Below are positions 38,256 through 50,846 of a stretch of 64,000 bases of DNA, piece by piece. The DNA comes from Anolis carolinensis (taxonomy: Eukaryota): assembly GCF_035594765.1 (NCBI RefSeq), contig NC_085841.1, positions 68,557,574 through 68,621,573 of the forward strand, given 5' to 3'. Under the pieces are notes generated by a model, which did not search any database, was not told the DNA's origin, and saw only the letters and a list, made by a program, of their open reading frames with translations. Within the stretch, counting starts at the first letter, position 1. Each line of letters opens with the position of its first letter. Made by a program: the position numbers and the translations under genes.

Positions 38256-39742
38256 TTGGTGTGCTTGAAAATCACAACGGAAAGACAATTTTTTTTAATT
38301 TTTTTTATTGTGAAACATATTTTCCAAAAGTGATACATTAAAAAGTGGGGGAACAATCTGTAGGGATAGAAAAGTAGGAATAGAAAAGTAACGGAAGGCC
38401 AATCTCGATCACAATCAGAAGACTTCATATGGCCAAGCAAAACTGTAGATAAGAGTGAAGGACTTCGGCCCAGAAATACCATAGTTTTGAGCCTGAGGTT
38501 CTAGAAAATGTCTACAGAGAACATAATTTGTTAAACATGGTTAAATGTAACCACCAATACTGGCCCTGTGGCTACGGGGATCATATTGCATATCTACTTA
38601 TATGGGAATAAGCCAAATGAAGCTTAATGAGAATAAGCCTAATAAAGCTCAATATTTCTGAACAGAAGTTTACAGGACTGCTATGGTAAAATAATTTTCC
38701 CTTTAAAACAATGACCCAACTTTTCAGATATTCTGGGGTTTGTAGTTTAGTGAGGTACTGAAGCTCTTGTGTTGAGAAATAGAAATGTCCTTCTGTGAAC
38801 TGCAAACCTAGAACTCCATATGTTGTTGCCATAACAGTTAAAGTGTTATAGGTTTGTAGATTTCCTAGGAATCATAGGGCTATAATTGTCTTTTCAAAAG
38901 ATAGATTTACCAAAAAAAATCAGATACTTGGTTTGGACAGGAATGGAAAGCAGACAGAATAAAAGTTGAACCAAATGCACACCAGACATCAATTAAAAAT
39001 GCAAACATTTCAGCCACTTCACATAGATAATGCTTTAACAAAAAGCTTTTATCTACTTGAAGTGACTGAAATATTTCCATTGCATTACTAATGACTCCAA
39101 TCCACTTGTAAGCCTCTGATATAAGCTGCATTAATTCACTTGACTGTCAGTTCTGTTTCTGCTTTCAATTTCTGCCTAAAGCCCTCTGTGCCTATATGGT
39201 TCCATAGGCATACATGGGCCTAAGACGCCTCAGTCTGGGTTCCCATTTCGCTATATCCCACAGTTCTCTGCACTGAACTAGTTTGTGTGAAATAGGAATC
39301 CACAACTGTGTAGGGGATTTCCAGTGAAAACATTACAATTATATAACTGTAGTCAAAAAGACTCTCTCAGTAGTTGGTCATTAAGGTAATTCATGGTTAC
39401 GTTTGTAATAAAATGATGTCTTTCCACATTAACAATGCTAGAACTGAAGTGTTCAAAGGATCTATCCAGAAATTTCCCATGAGGAGGTAATAAGTATGTT
39501 GCAATAATACCTAGTATTTACAGTGCTTTCCTGTGTTCAAAAATCCCCATGCACATTAGCTCAAAAATTCTTACCAAAGCTCTGTGGAGCAAGAACGGAT
39601 TGTTTTGCCTATATTGCAAAATGGCAGATGAAGTATATTACTACCAATTGAGATTTAGACCAGATCTTCTTAAGTTCACTTCCCAGCCTGTTTCTTACAT
39701 CGGTTTTCAATTCAACCTGGAGTTTCACTGGATGCTTGTTAG

Positions 39743-39789
<47 letters not shown>

Positions 39790-42505
39790 TTAATTACTTA
39801 TTAATTGTCCTCCATCCACGATGCTCTAGGCGATTTACAAGATAAAATTGTAAAGGATAACAATACATACATAAAAATATTAATAAAATTAACATAGATT
39901 AAAAGCTCTAGTAAAGAGCCAGGTCTTGAGTGCTAGGGTAAAAGGCCCTAACTCACACATGGCTCTCATATAGGGCGGCAAGGCATTCCAATAAGGCAGG
40001 GGCAGAAATAGAAAAAGCTCTGGGTCTGGTCCTTTCCAAATGCACTTCTCTAGGACCCGGTACATAAAGTAAGTCTTGTTGGGATGGTCGTTGCGACCTC
40101 CGATGATGGGAGAAGGAGAGACGGTCCCTAAGGTACGATGGGCCCTGGCCATAAAGAGTTTTCAAAACTAGCATCTTATATAGACCACGGTAATCCATTG
40201 GAAGCCAATGCAGATGCTGTAGCACTGGTGTTATGTGGCATTTCATGGGTGTTCTTGTGAGTAGCCTGGCTGCCGCATTCTGAACAATACGGAGCTTTTG
40301 GGTCGTGGATATCGGAAGGCCAACATACAGGGCGTTGCAATAGTCCAGCCTAGACGTGACCGTGGCATGGATGACTGTTGCCAGCGCCTCATCAGATAGA
40401 TAGGGTGCCAGTTGCCTCGCTTGTCGTAGATGGAAAAAGGCCTGTTTGCTGGCAGCAGCGACCTGAGCTTCCATTGTCAGCTGCGAATCTAAAACGACAC
40501 CCAGGCTCTTAACGGTAGGTGAAGGAGATAGGGCAGCACCATCGAAAGTGGGTAGCAAATGGGTCAGACCGGTTGAGCGGCCATGCCAGAGAATCTCGGT
40601 CTTCGCCGGGTTCACCTTCAGTCTGCTAGCACGTAGCCAGTTCGACAGAGCCTCCAGACATAAGGTGAAATTGTCTGGTATTGACGTTGCTCCAGGCTCC
40701 AGGCGCAGAAGGAGTTGGGTGTCGTCCGCATATTGATAGCAGTCTAGGCCGAAACTCCGAACCAAACTAGCAAGGGGTCTAACGTAGATGTTGAAGAGAA
40801 GAGGGGAGAGAATTGCACCTTGGGGTACCCCACATAGGAGGGGAGATCTGTCAGAGACTTGATCCATATACTCCACGCATTGGCTCCGGTTTCGCAGAAA
40901 TGAGTTGAACCAATTGAGGGCCTGACCGCGAACTCCGGACATGGCGAGACGGTGAATCATTAGATCGTAGTCAACGGTGTCAAACGCTGTGGTAAGGTCG
41001 AGAAGTACCAGTAGCGCTGATCCGCCGCTATCAGACTGGCGACGAAGTTCATCTGTAATGGCAACCAGGACTGTCTCCGTCCCATGGCCAGGGCGGAAGC
41101 CTGACTGGAAAGGGTCCAGGCTGGCTGTATCCTCCAGAAATTGTTGCAATTGTCCCAGTACAGCCCGCTCTATCATCTTACCCAAGAATGGGAGGTTGGA
41201 GACAGGACAATAGTTGGCAAGGGTCATGGGATCCAAGCTAGGCTTTTTTAGCAAGAGACGAACCCTTGCCTCTTTTAGATTGTCCGGGAAGACCCCCTGT
41301 TCAAGAGAGCCATTGATGATATTACTCAACGGATCGAGTAGACCTTTCAGGCAGCTCTTCACCAGCCAGGAGGGACACGGATCAAGGGAACAGGTGGTTG
41401 GTTTTGCAACAGCCAGGATTCTAGCGACATCTTCCCTGTCAAGTGGAGTAAATCGGTCAAAGATAGGCCCACTAAGCGGCCACAAAGTCTCAAGCTCACT
41501 CAAGGTATCAACTGTAGGGGGCAGTTCCTGCCGAAGCACGGTGATTTTATCAGTGAAAAACTTCTGGAATGCCTCTGCTGTAAGAGCCGTGGTTGCTGGG
41601 TTTTGGACTAAGGGAGCCGCACTGGTCAAAGCACGAACGATTTTGAATACTTGAGCTGGGTGCGATCTAGCAGAGGCTATTAAAGAGGAATTGTAAGATT
41701 TTTTAGCATCCTTGACGGCTGATTCGTAGGACCTGCGAAAAGCCTTGAAAGCGGACAGTGACACCTCGTCGGGTTTCCGTCGCCACCGATGTTCCAGCCG
41801 CTTTCGTGCTTGCTTCATCATCCGCAGCTCATTAGTGTACCAGGGGGAGCAATTCCGGTGAGGGCGAAGGAGGCGTCTGGGGGCAATCTCATCCAAGGCA
41901 GCCAACAAACTGACATTCCAGGTGTTGACTAGCTCATTGAGAGTGACGCACACAGCTCCCAGGCCTTTAAGGGCATTCAAGAACCTAGCAGGTTCCATGA
42001 GTCTCCTGGGCCGAGCAAAGATTGGTGTGGCAGGATGGGGAGGAGGAGATGGAATCTCAATCCGGGCCTTCAGGACAGCGTGATCAGACCAGGGAACATC
42101 AATTACCGCGGATAGAGATGTTCGTACTCCGATATTAAAAATCAGGTCCAGAGTGTGGCCGGCCCAATGAGTAGGGCGAGTCTTGAGTAGTGAGAGCCCC
42201 AGAGCTTCAAAGGTTGGTACTATGTCCTTAGTCACAGATGAAGATGGCAGTGCTTCGACATGTACATTAAAGTCACCCAGAACAATAAGTCTGGGGAACT
42301 TCAGGACCCAGTCCGCCACAAGATCTAATAAATTCAGCAGACTCTCTCCCGGAGACCCAGGCGTGCGGTAAACTACAAGAATGGCTAGGGATTCCATGCT
42401 AGCCAGGACCACACCAACACACTCAATACCGGCTATCTTTGGAGTTGGAATAGCTTTGATGTTAAAATAATCACGGGAGAGTATTGCTACCCCTCCACCC
42501 CTCCT
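39743..42505 (-). mobile_element. L2-clade LINE, 5'-truncated, young
   Basis: APE and RT coding region, short 3' UTR and a (GAT)n tail (TCA repeat at 39743-39789). Truncated at RGGGVA within the endonuclease. Confidence 0.93.
39953..42412 (-). CDS. L2 ORF2 (partial APE endonuclease plus reverse transcriptase), 819 aa
   Basis: VYRTPG, LGDFN, GHTLDL, WSDH (APE); QSGFRPGHGTET, GVPQGAILSPLLFNIY, YADDTQL (RT); SRLDYCN, LHWLP. Frameshift near 39990; the normal end WNALP...LKTWLF is in another frame. Confidence 0.9.
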   Translation of the reverse strand: MVLASMESLAILVVYRTPGSPGESLLNLLDLVADWVLKFPRLIVLGDFNVHVEALPSSSVTKDIVPTFEALGLSLLKTRPTHWAGHTLDLIFNIGVRTSLSAVIDVPWSDHAVLKARIEIPSPPPHPATPIFARPRRLMEPARFLNALKGLGAVCVTLNELVNTWNVSLLAALDEIAPRRLLRPHRNCSPWYTNELRMMKQARKRLEHRWRRKPDEVSLSAFKAFRRSYESAVKDAKKSYNSSLIASARSHPAQVFKIVRALTSAAPLVQNPATTALTAEAFQKFFTDKITVLRQELPPTVDTLSELETLWPLSGPIFDRFTPLDREDVARILAVAKPTTCSLDPCPSWLVKSCLKGLLDPLSNIINGSLEQGVFPDNLKEARVRLLLKKPSLDPMTLANYCPVSNLPFLGKMIERAVLGQLQQFLEDTASLDPFQSGFRPGHGTETVLVAITDELRRQSDSGGSALLVLLDLTTAFDTVDYDLMIHRLAMSGVRGQALNWFNSFLRNRSQCVEYMDQVSDRSPLLCGVPQGAILSPLLFNIYVRPLASLVRSFGLDCYQYADDTQLLLRLEPGATSIPDNFTLCLEALSNWLRASRLKVNPAKTEILWHGRSTGLTHLLPTFDGAALSPSPTVKSLGVVLDSQLTMEAQVAAASKQAFFHLRQARQLAPYLSDEALATVIHATVTSRLDYCNALYVGLPISTTQKLRIVQNAAARLLTRTPMKCHITPVLQHLHWLPMDYRGLYKMLVLKTLYGQGPSYLRDRLSFSHHRRSQRPSQQDLLYVPGPREVHLERTRPRAFSISAPALLECLAALYESHV

Positions 42506-44982
42506 TTATACTAATGGCCTCCTGAAACAGTTTGTCCTTTTTGTGGAAAAAAACATGTTAGGTCACACCAAAGACTGATGTACATCTACATTCTTTGTTT
42601 ATGCAGTTTATGCACCTGCTTTTCTTCTCCTGCACCTGCTTTTATCTCTAAGCTGCTGGGAAAAGCGAGTCTGTCTCAATTATTGTATGCTCTGCTTCCA
42701 ATGTTCCAAGCACCTTAATCTGGACAAACATTCATCTCCCACATTTCTCTCAGGAGATTCTGACAGATTCTCATGGGAACTGAGACCACTTCTATCTTCA
42801 ACTGGGCCCTCTGAACCTATCCCAGCATCCCCTTCCCCATCTTCTGAGCACATAGAATCTGACCAGGCTACAACAATTCCCCTGTATCAAGGGCCTCAAT
42901 GTGACGAGGTCCTAAGCCCAATTATCTGTTTTCCTCTGCATCCCTTCTGACAATTCAATTTTGGTAGGCACTATAGATAAATGATTTCATTGGTATTTGG
43001 CAGTAGGATGTTCAGGGGTTCTTCTCAGAGGTGAGTGGGATGATATCACATATTTCCATGTGTTTGGGGGGCTTCTTGTATGGACTGGGGCAAAATGTGC
43101 CTGAAAATCAAATAGCGTGGTTTTTTTTTAAGTAGTAAGTTGGCAGGGATTTGGGTGACTTCTTAAAAGCTTCAGAGGGCACAAAAGTGGGATTCAGAGG
43201 CCACTTTTTGCCCACTCCTGCTCTAAAGTTGTTACCCATGTGGATGTGATTTGGACAAAACACTCATAGTTAGAGATGTATTAGTCCTTCCTGTTACAGT
43301 GGAGATTATCCCTCTCATCCCTGTCTTCCCTTCTACAAAATGATTTCCTTCTGCATGACAAGACTTATATAACAAGGCCCCATTTGTATCACTGAAAACC
43401 TCATCCATTCAAGACTGTAATTTCTATATAAAGGGAAGGACCACTGAAAGGAGGCTGTGGGTCAGCTCAAAAGTTGCCATGAGCTGGTGAGTTCATCTTT
43501 CTTCTTACAGAATCCTCAAAAGTTATAATGATTTTAGTAACCAGACGTTACTTACAGCTGCGTGTAGAGAATAAAAGACCATTAAAATGTTGCAAATTAG
43601 ATTTCTGTTAGCAGTTAATGAGTACGAAAACAATAAATGTACTCTTGGCTTTTTTATAATTATAACTGCTCATTTTAATAAATTACTTTCAGAAGCAATA
43701 TGCCAAAATCATATCATGGGGGTCATTTTTCACATTTACCAGAAATATGTTGGCTCCTAGAATTTTATGTGTATTAAATTACATCTTTTGTTCCTCTGCC
43801 ATGGATTCCTCTTAGCCTGTCAGCTCTATCACTGAGTGTACATGAATGCTCTATGGATATGAAATAAATCCTTGACAAGAACTGTCCAAAACAGAAGCCG
43901 GAATTCACATTTTAACTTGGGAAAGTTCTACATTGGCGTCATCTTCCAAAGGGCAAATATAAATATTAAAGGATGCATTTGAAATGAGGAGAGGATGATG
44001 TAAGCCAAGGAGTTGTTCTTTAGCTAATCATCATATGTGTTGTTATTTGCACCCTCTGGTGTGTCAGAGAGCTAGTATGTCCATGTGTTTTTTTCTGGGA
44101 AGTGACACAATCCAGCACAAGCTTCCTGGTTTTAAAAAAGTTCTTTCCATAAGTGGTCCAATTGTGCATCCATTCCGATGAACATCAGTCACTTTGGACC
44201 CTTTCATGTTAGCATTGTAAAGCATTGACTACTGCTTTCAATCATGTGGCTACCTCCTACAGAATTCTCAAGCTTGTAGTTTAGGGAAGCCAATGTCCTC
44301 TCTGGCTGAAAATTCCAAAGACCCCACCCTAAACTACAAGTCCCAGAATTATGCAGAAGGAAGTCACATGATTGAAAGCGGGAGGCTCCACTTTAAAACA
44401 CTTAATGTGATAAGGCACCTTACCAACTCTCCTACGTACGCATAATTACACATAAACACAGCCCTTTACTGTATACAGATGTCACAGAACTGCCCAAGTT
44501 TGCTCCCCACAGATATAAATGCACTTATAAAGGTGCAAGTCCATAACAGAATTCCAGCCTACATTCCTAATCCATTTTATTCTGTTTTTGCGGAAGAACT
44601 GTCTTGCAGGATTTAGATCTGAAGAAAATGCAAGATCAGTGCAGTGGCTGTATCCAGGAATGGCCGGCACCATATTTTCATGATTCTGAACATATGAGAA
44701 GCTTGGGATCTGAAATTTTGGGCTCATTTACACTGACCATTTAATGTAATTCAAAGCTAGCATCAAATTGTGGTGAGAAGACAACAAACCCACATGAAAG
44801 CACAAGAGAGAAAATCTTTAATGTGCATCAGTGCTCTGTGGTTTTTATAGTCACTGTTCTGGTCTCAAACTGATTCTATGTAATTATTTGCACTCAAAAC
44901 CACTTTCTTCAATATCAGTTAAATGGGGACTTAGTTTGCCTTTAGATGTCTTTTTCAGTAATGTCATGATGATGCCATTCTC

Positions 44983-45400
44983 ATGGAAGAACTATTGAAG
45001 CAACTGCATTGGCTGCTGATAAGTCTCCAGTCCAAATTCAAAGTGCAGGTTATTACCTACAAAGCCCTACATGGCTCAGGTCCAACCTATCTTCATGACC
45101 GCATCTCTCCCAATGAACTGTCACAGGCTCTAAGATCTGCTGAGGAGGCCCTCCATTTGGTCCTGCCTCCATCTCAAATGTGGCTGGTGGGGATGAGAGA
45201 AAGATCCTTTTCAGTGGTGGCCCCCCAGCTTTGGAACACCCTCCCCAGAGATATTATGTTTGCCCCTATGTTACAATGTTTTCTCAAGGAGCTAAAGTCA
45301 TGGCTCTTTAGGCAGGTCTTTAGAAATGATTAAGACATCTGCTAATCTAAGAATCAAACAATTTAATATTGCTACTGGTATTTTAATGGTTGGGCCATGG
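44983..45400 (+). mobile_element. L2 3' fragment
   Basis: LLKQLHWLLI..KFKVQVITYKALHGSGPTYL..RSFSVVAPQLWNTLP..LKSWLFRQVF. Confidence 0.88.
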
Positions 45401-45409
45401 CTAGGATAC

Positions 45410-45957
45410 TGTATTATTTATTATTTATTTCATTTATTTATTATTATTTATTATTTATTATTTATTCCAAGCATTTATATCCTGTCCTTCTCATCCCTGA
45501 GGGAGGACTCAGGGTGGCCTTACGTTCGGACAAGTAAGCTGGGCCAGAACCATTTAGAGCTTTATAGGCCAAACCATCACCTTGAATTGTGCTCAGTAGC
45601 AAATTGGCAGCCAGTGGAGCTGACGCAACAGGGGAGTGGTATGCTCCCTGTACGCAGCTCCAATTAGCAACCTGGCTGCTGCCTGTTGGAGTAATTGGAG
45701 CATCTGAACAGTCTTCAAAGGCAGCCCCACATAGAGTGTGTTGCAGTATTCTATTTGGGATGTAACAAGAGCAAGGACCACCATGGCCAGCTTCCCAAGG
45801 TACGGGCGCAACTGGCGCACAAGTTTTAACTGAGCAAAGGCTCCCCTAGCCACCGCTGAGACCTGGGGCTCCAGGCTCAACGATGAATCTAGGATCAACC
45901 CCAAGCTGTGAACCTGCGCCTTCAGGGGGAGTGTAACCCCATCCAGCACAGGCTGTA
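45410..45957 (-). mobile_element. L2 3' fragment with an internal deletion
   Basis: QPVLDGVTLPLKAQVHSLGLILDSSL..EYCN..LHWLP..AYKALNGSGPAYLSER is joined at ~45522 directly to the CCACCCTGAGTCC..(TAAA)n tail. Confidence 0.88.
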
Positions 45958-47199
45958 ACCCCATGAGGCTTACTTAGGAGTAAACATCCAAATATTTGTG
46001 TTGTTAAGACTGCAATTCTATATACACTTTGGATGAGCCATCTCCATTTGGACAAATTAGAGAGGGTGAAGGCAACACATGTGAGGGCTGAGGTAAATGC
46101 TCAGATATGCACCTAATCCAATGGAAGTGCAGGTGGGTCAGTTCAAAATCACAGAAAAACAGACAGGCTATTTGATTATTCAAATATAGGCATGTCTTAA
46201 AAGAAGTAAAAACCCATTCACCCTGCACAGCTGTTGCAGTTAAATTGATATGGTAAACACAAGCACTCAGTAAATACATCCGTTGTACCATAAGTATGTA
46301 GCGTTCAAAACTCTTTGGAATTAAACAGGTGCATGTGGTACTCAAGGGATCAAACTAGGGCAGGATACTCCACTGCAAAGATAGGATAAGACCTCGTATA
46401 GTTTTAGCCAGAGAGAGAAAGAGAGAAGCCACCCTTCACCCCCCCCCCAAAAAAAAAAACACTTCAAAGATATCTGAGCACCCTCAGGCAGCATAGAATG
46501 TGATGTAAAGATGGAAAGGGAATGGAATGCTATACAAGCACAATAAACTGCAACACTTTGCTTCAAATCCCACTTGTATAGCTCTAGTAGCAATACCTAT
46601 AAATTTCCTTGTTTGGATTTCCTTGATTTTCTCTCGCTAACTCCATAGTAGAACAGGCTTCCTGCACTGATTATTCAAATTAAATAATAAAAAAGCCCAC
46701 TGGAGTCTGATTAATTTGGTTTGAGAATGCTGGCAGCTTTGCAACCAAGGATTATGGACTGTTATCCACAGAATTGGCTGCTAGTAAGACAAGGCCAATA
46801 TGTGCAATGTGTTTTCTCAAGTACACCACTCCTGAGCCTTGTTTGATGCTGGATTTCCTATGGAGCTGGCTAATCTAATCACTGCTGCTCCAGGCATTTC
46901 TGTGTTCACTAAGTTGCCCTTGAGCTCAATAAACAGACCCATGCAAATACCTAGTGCTGGAGATACACACAACCAGCCATGGGACAAGAATGATCAGCCA
47001 GCAAAACACTTAGAGAACTCCTCACAAAGTGCTTGGTTATGAACGCTTGAACAGGAAGAGAAAAGCCATTCTACAGAAAGTAATCCAAACTTAATTCATC
47101 TTTTATTAAAAGAAAAATCTAACAAGGTACCATTGACATCCAAAGTGGCCTTTCTCCCGCTTGCAAGCCCCGGTGGGCCCCTTGCTTCTTGCTTGCCAT

Positions 47200-47337
47200 G
47201 TCTATATGTATTGTTTTGCTTTTATGATTGTATTCTTTGGGCATTAAATTTTGTCAATTTTTGTAAGCTGCCCTGAGTCCCCTCGGGTGAGAAGGGCAGG
47301 GTATAAATGTTGTAAATAAATGAATAAATAAATAAAT
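47200..47337 (+). mobile_element. L2-type SINE/LINE 3' tail fragment
   Basis: GCTGCCCTGAGTCCCCTCGGGTGAGAAGGGCAGGGTATAAATGTTG(TAAA)n. Confidence 0.8.
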
Positions 47338-47536
47338 GTTGCCCTGGCTGCCTCTTCTCCTCCAGCCAGGGAAGAAGAGTGAGGGTCGGCAGAAATAGAG
47401 GAGGTTGGAAGAGGTGGCCAGGCTTCTTTTTCTGCCGGCTCTCCAACTGGCCATGCCAGGAAACGTGGAGTCCCACCCCAGTTGGGTGCCCTATGGTAGC
47501 CATGGCATTGGCAGAGGGCTTCTTCTTCCCAGAAGC

Positions 47537-48142
47537 CCCCTGTATGGCGGGGATTTTTCCCACCACTTGGCCAGCTGGCCAATCAGCAGCAGGCCGGTCC
47601 TGCCTCCTGGTTGGACAGGCCAGGCCAGGGGCCAGCCCAGGGGGCCCATTTAAGGCTGCGGAATGGCCTGGCAGGCATTGGGCCAGCTTTTTTGATTGGA
47701 GCTCCCAGCAGCGGTGAGATCGATGGCTGTGAGTGTGGCAGAGCAGTGGCGGCAAGAGCAGTAGCAAGGGGTGCAACAGTGCCCCTACCACCGCTGAGAG
47801 GCTGCACCAGGAAGTCCTCACCACCGCAGGGGTTGCCGCTGCCAAATTCACTGCCGCTGAAATCGGCGCCTCCAATCCTACAGCTACTGGACTTGCCGCT
47901 GCCGCGCTCCTTGCTGCTGCTCTTGCTGCCACTGCTCTGCCACACTTGCAGCCATCGATCTCGCCGCCACCAGGAGCTCCAAGCAAAAAAGCAGGCCCAA
48001 TGCCTGCCAGGCCCACTCCATGGCCTTAAATGGACCACCTGAGCCAGCCCCTGGCCTGGCCTGGCCAACCAGGAGGTGTGGTCGGCCTGCTGCTGATTGG
48101 CCAGCTGGCCAAGCAGCGGGAAAAATTCCCACCACACAGGGG
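47537..48142. repeat. Long GC-rich imperfect inverted repeat (~245-bp arms, ~110-bp spacer)
   Basis: 47537-47780 is the reverse complement, with mismatches, of ~47894-48142, e.g. TTGGCCAGCTGGCCAATCAGCAGCAGGCC / GGCCTGCTGCTGATTGGCCAGCTGGCCAA. Confidence 0.9.
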
Positions 48143-48249
48143 AGAAGGAGTATAGTGGTCATGGGGGCAGTTTTGGATGGAACACAAGAGCCAAATGAAT
48201 AGCTCCTGTACCTTGTCCATAGAAGAGAATTTGGAGTCACTCACCAACT

Positions 48250-48594
48250 CAGGGGTCCCTAATCTAAGACCAGTGGGCCAGATGTGGCCCTCCAAGATCA
48301 TTTAGCTGTTCCCTGGCCTAAATTTTAGACTTAGGGTCACCCTAAACCCGACACACAACAACTGTCCTAATTAACTTGAATATTTCATCAGCCAAAAGCA
48401 GGCCCATACTTCCCATTGATAGTAAGTTTATATTGACTAAAATTGTTCTTTATTTTTAATATTGTGGTATTCTTTCATGTTTCTTGAACTACAAATAAGA
48501 TATGTGCAATGTGCATAGGAATTAGTTCATTTTTTACCACCACCACCCCTCCCAATAATCTGAGCACTCAGCTTAAAAGGTTTGAAGACCCCTG
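48250..48594. mobile_element. hAT (Charlie-like) non-autonomous element
   Basis: CAGGGGTCC ... GACCCCTG termini; 8-bp flanks CACCAACT / CACTTACT (6 of 8). Confidence 0.8.
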
Positions 48595-50049
48595 CACTTA
48601 CTGATGTGAAGGAGTTATGTCATTAACAGGATTTTGGTGAATATTTGAAATACAGTGTTCCCCCACTTATCACTGGGGTTAGGTCCCAGGACCACCCGCA
48701 ATAAGTGAAAATCCGCAAAGTAGGGACACTATGTTTATTTTAATATTTATATTAAAGTTCCAAGACAAGAGATTTTTTCAAATTATAGACAATTGAGTGG
48801 TCTAAACTGTCCTGGTACATATTTGATTCTTGATGACCAAAGAAGTGTTATACATTCTCATGGTAGTCTCAATACATGGAGATGATTTGAAATGTGTCAT
48901 ACATTTTTCTGACCAAGAGACCTACTAACCATGGAGACAGTGGAATCTTCGAGGAGGCATTTTCCTTCTCCATTCTATTCATGAGCCCAAACCTCTGCAA
49001 AGTCATTGAGTTTTTTCTGACAGCTTTCTTTTGAATGTGTTCTTTTGCATGCTGTGTGAGCCCACCCCACAGTGACCCGCAATCTAATCCAAAAAAAATT
49101 TAAGCAAAAGGCTACTGGCTGTGCCTTTCTTAATGATTTCATATACGGCTTTGAATGAAAGAATCTGTTTTGCTGAGTTAATGCATGTCAGATGTTCACA
49201 GCCTGATTTTTTGTGCCTAATTAGTCAAATTAATATATAGGAATCCCTGGACAATGTACACACCTGCATCTTTTGATTGGTTTTTAAATATTTACTTCCC
49301 ACTGAAATTAATCTCGACTAGATGTGAGACCAATCTTCTTACTTGAAGTGCAATTTAAGAGCTTGCATTTAATTTTTAGGTATGGGAGGTCACTCTGGGT
49401 TACCTATACTGATTAAAGGAAGGAAGGAAACATATCCAGTATTTATTTATTTCATGGTATAATATCTATCCTGTATCTTTAGCACAGATGCATATTTTCA
49501 GGTAAAATAATCTATATATATAAAAATGTAATGTTCATTTTACTATGGAGTAAACAACAAAACCACTGAACCAAATCACACCAAATTTGGCCACAAAAGA
49601 CATAGTCATCCAAAATATGTCTTTTAATTTAAAAAAAAAACCTAGAAAAAATAAAGACCAAGCAACAAAATGAAGATGAAATAAAACCCCCATTGCTTAC
49701 CATTCAAGCGCAGAGCCCCCCTGAACTGAAACAACTACATTACCCAGAGGACCTTGCACCTGTGGGCTTAGCCTAACCCCACTTCCTCAAAACATTGGCA
49801 TGGTGGGTGGGGCTTGTGGTTGGCAACCGTTGGCAGCTGTTCCTTCCCTTTCCTCGGCCCCTTTCCCCCTCAGAAGAGAGAACATGTCCTGAGAGAAATA
49901 CAGCTGTACTATTACTGTAAGGGACTGTTCTCAGGAGGGAGAGCAGCCGCTATTTACATAGCTGTCATGTCTCCTTTCAACTTTCTCTTCTACAGGTAAA
50001 CAAACCCAGCACTTCAAGATGCCCCTCAGAGGGATTATTTATTCCTTTA

Positions 50050-50218
50050 AGATGCCCTCTTTCTCTGGACACCTCCCGCCTCAGTCATTATTATTACTAT
50101 TATTATTATTCTCATTATTATTCAGGGAGGAAACAGCCAGGCTTTGAAACTACAAAGCCATTCAATGCTAATTGCCCTCTTTCTCTGCACACCCTTCACT
50201 TCTGAGTCATCATTATTA

Positions 50219-50257
<39 letters not shown>

Positions 50258-50508
50258 CATTATTATTATTATTATTAAGTTGCTGTGAACCATGAAAATG
50301 AGTTCACACCCAGCATTACAAAACTCTACAACCAGGACAGTAAATAAAGAACACTCTGAAAACAGGAGCATTCCAGACAGGAAACAATCAGGGCCAGCTA
50401 ACACCTCCCAACAAAAGATTCCCCCAGGAAGGAATCAACCAGGCTTTCAAACTACAAGGCCATTCAATGATAATTGCCCTCTTTCTCTACATACCCCCTA
50501 CCTCATAA

Positions 50509-50557
<49 letters not shown>

Positions 50558-50791
50558 GTTGATGTAAACAATGAAAATGAGTAAAACCAGGCACCCAGCA
50601 TTACAAAACACCACAACCAGGACAGTAAATAGAGAACACTCTGAAAACAGGAGAATTCCAGACAGGAAACAATCAGAGCCAGCTAACACCTTCCAACAAA
50701 AGATTCCCCCAGGAAGGAAACAGCTTTCAAACTACAAGGCCATTGAATACTAAATGCCCTTTTTCTCTGCACACCCTCCACTTCAGAGTCA

Positions 50792-50846
<55 letters not shown>

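Noticed and set aside
40548-42371. Antisense ORFs over L2 (and likewise over CR1 at 57398-59741)
   Set aside because: Typical shadows of the sense-strand coding frame.
47222-48301. 264-aa and other ORFs over the GC-rich inverted repeat
   Set aside because: Explained by stop-codon scarcity; they cross into an L2-type tail and show no recognisable domain.
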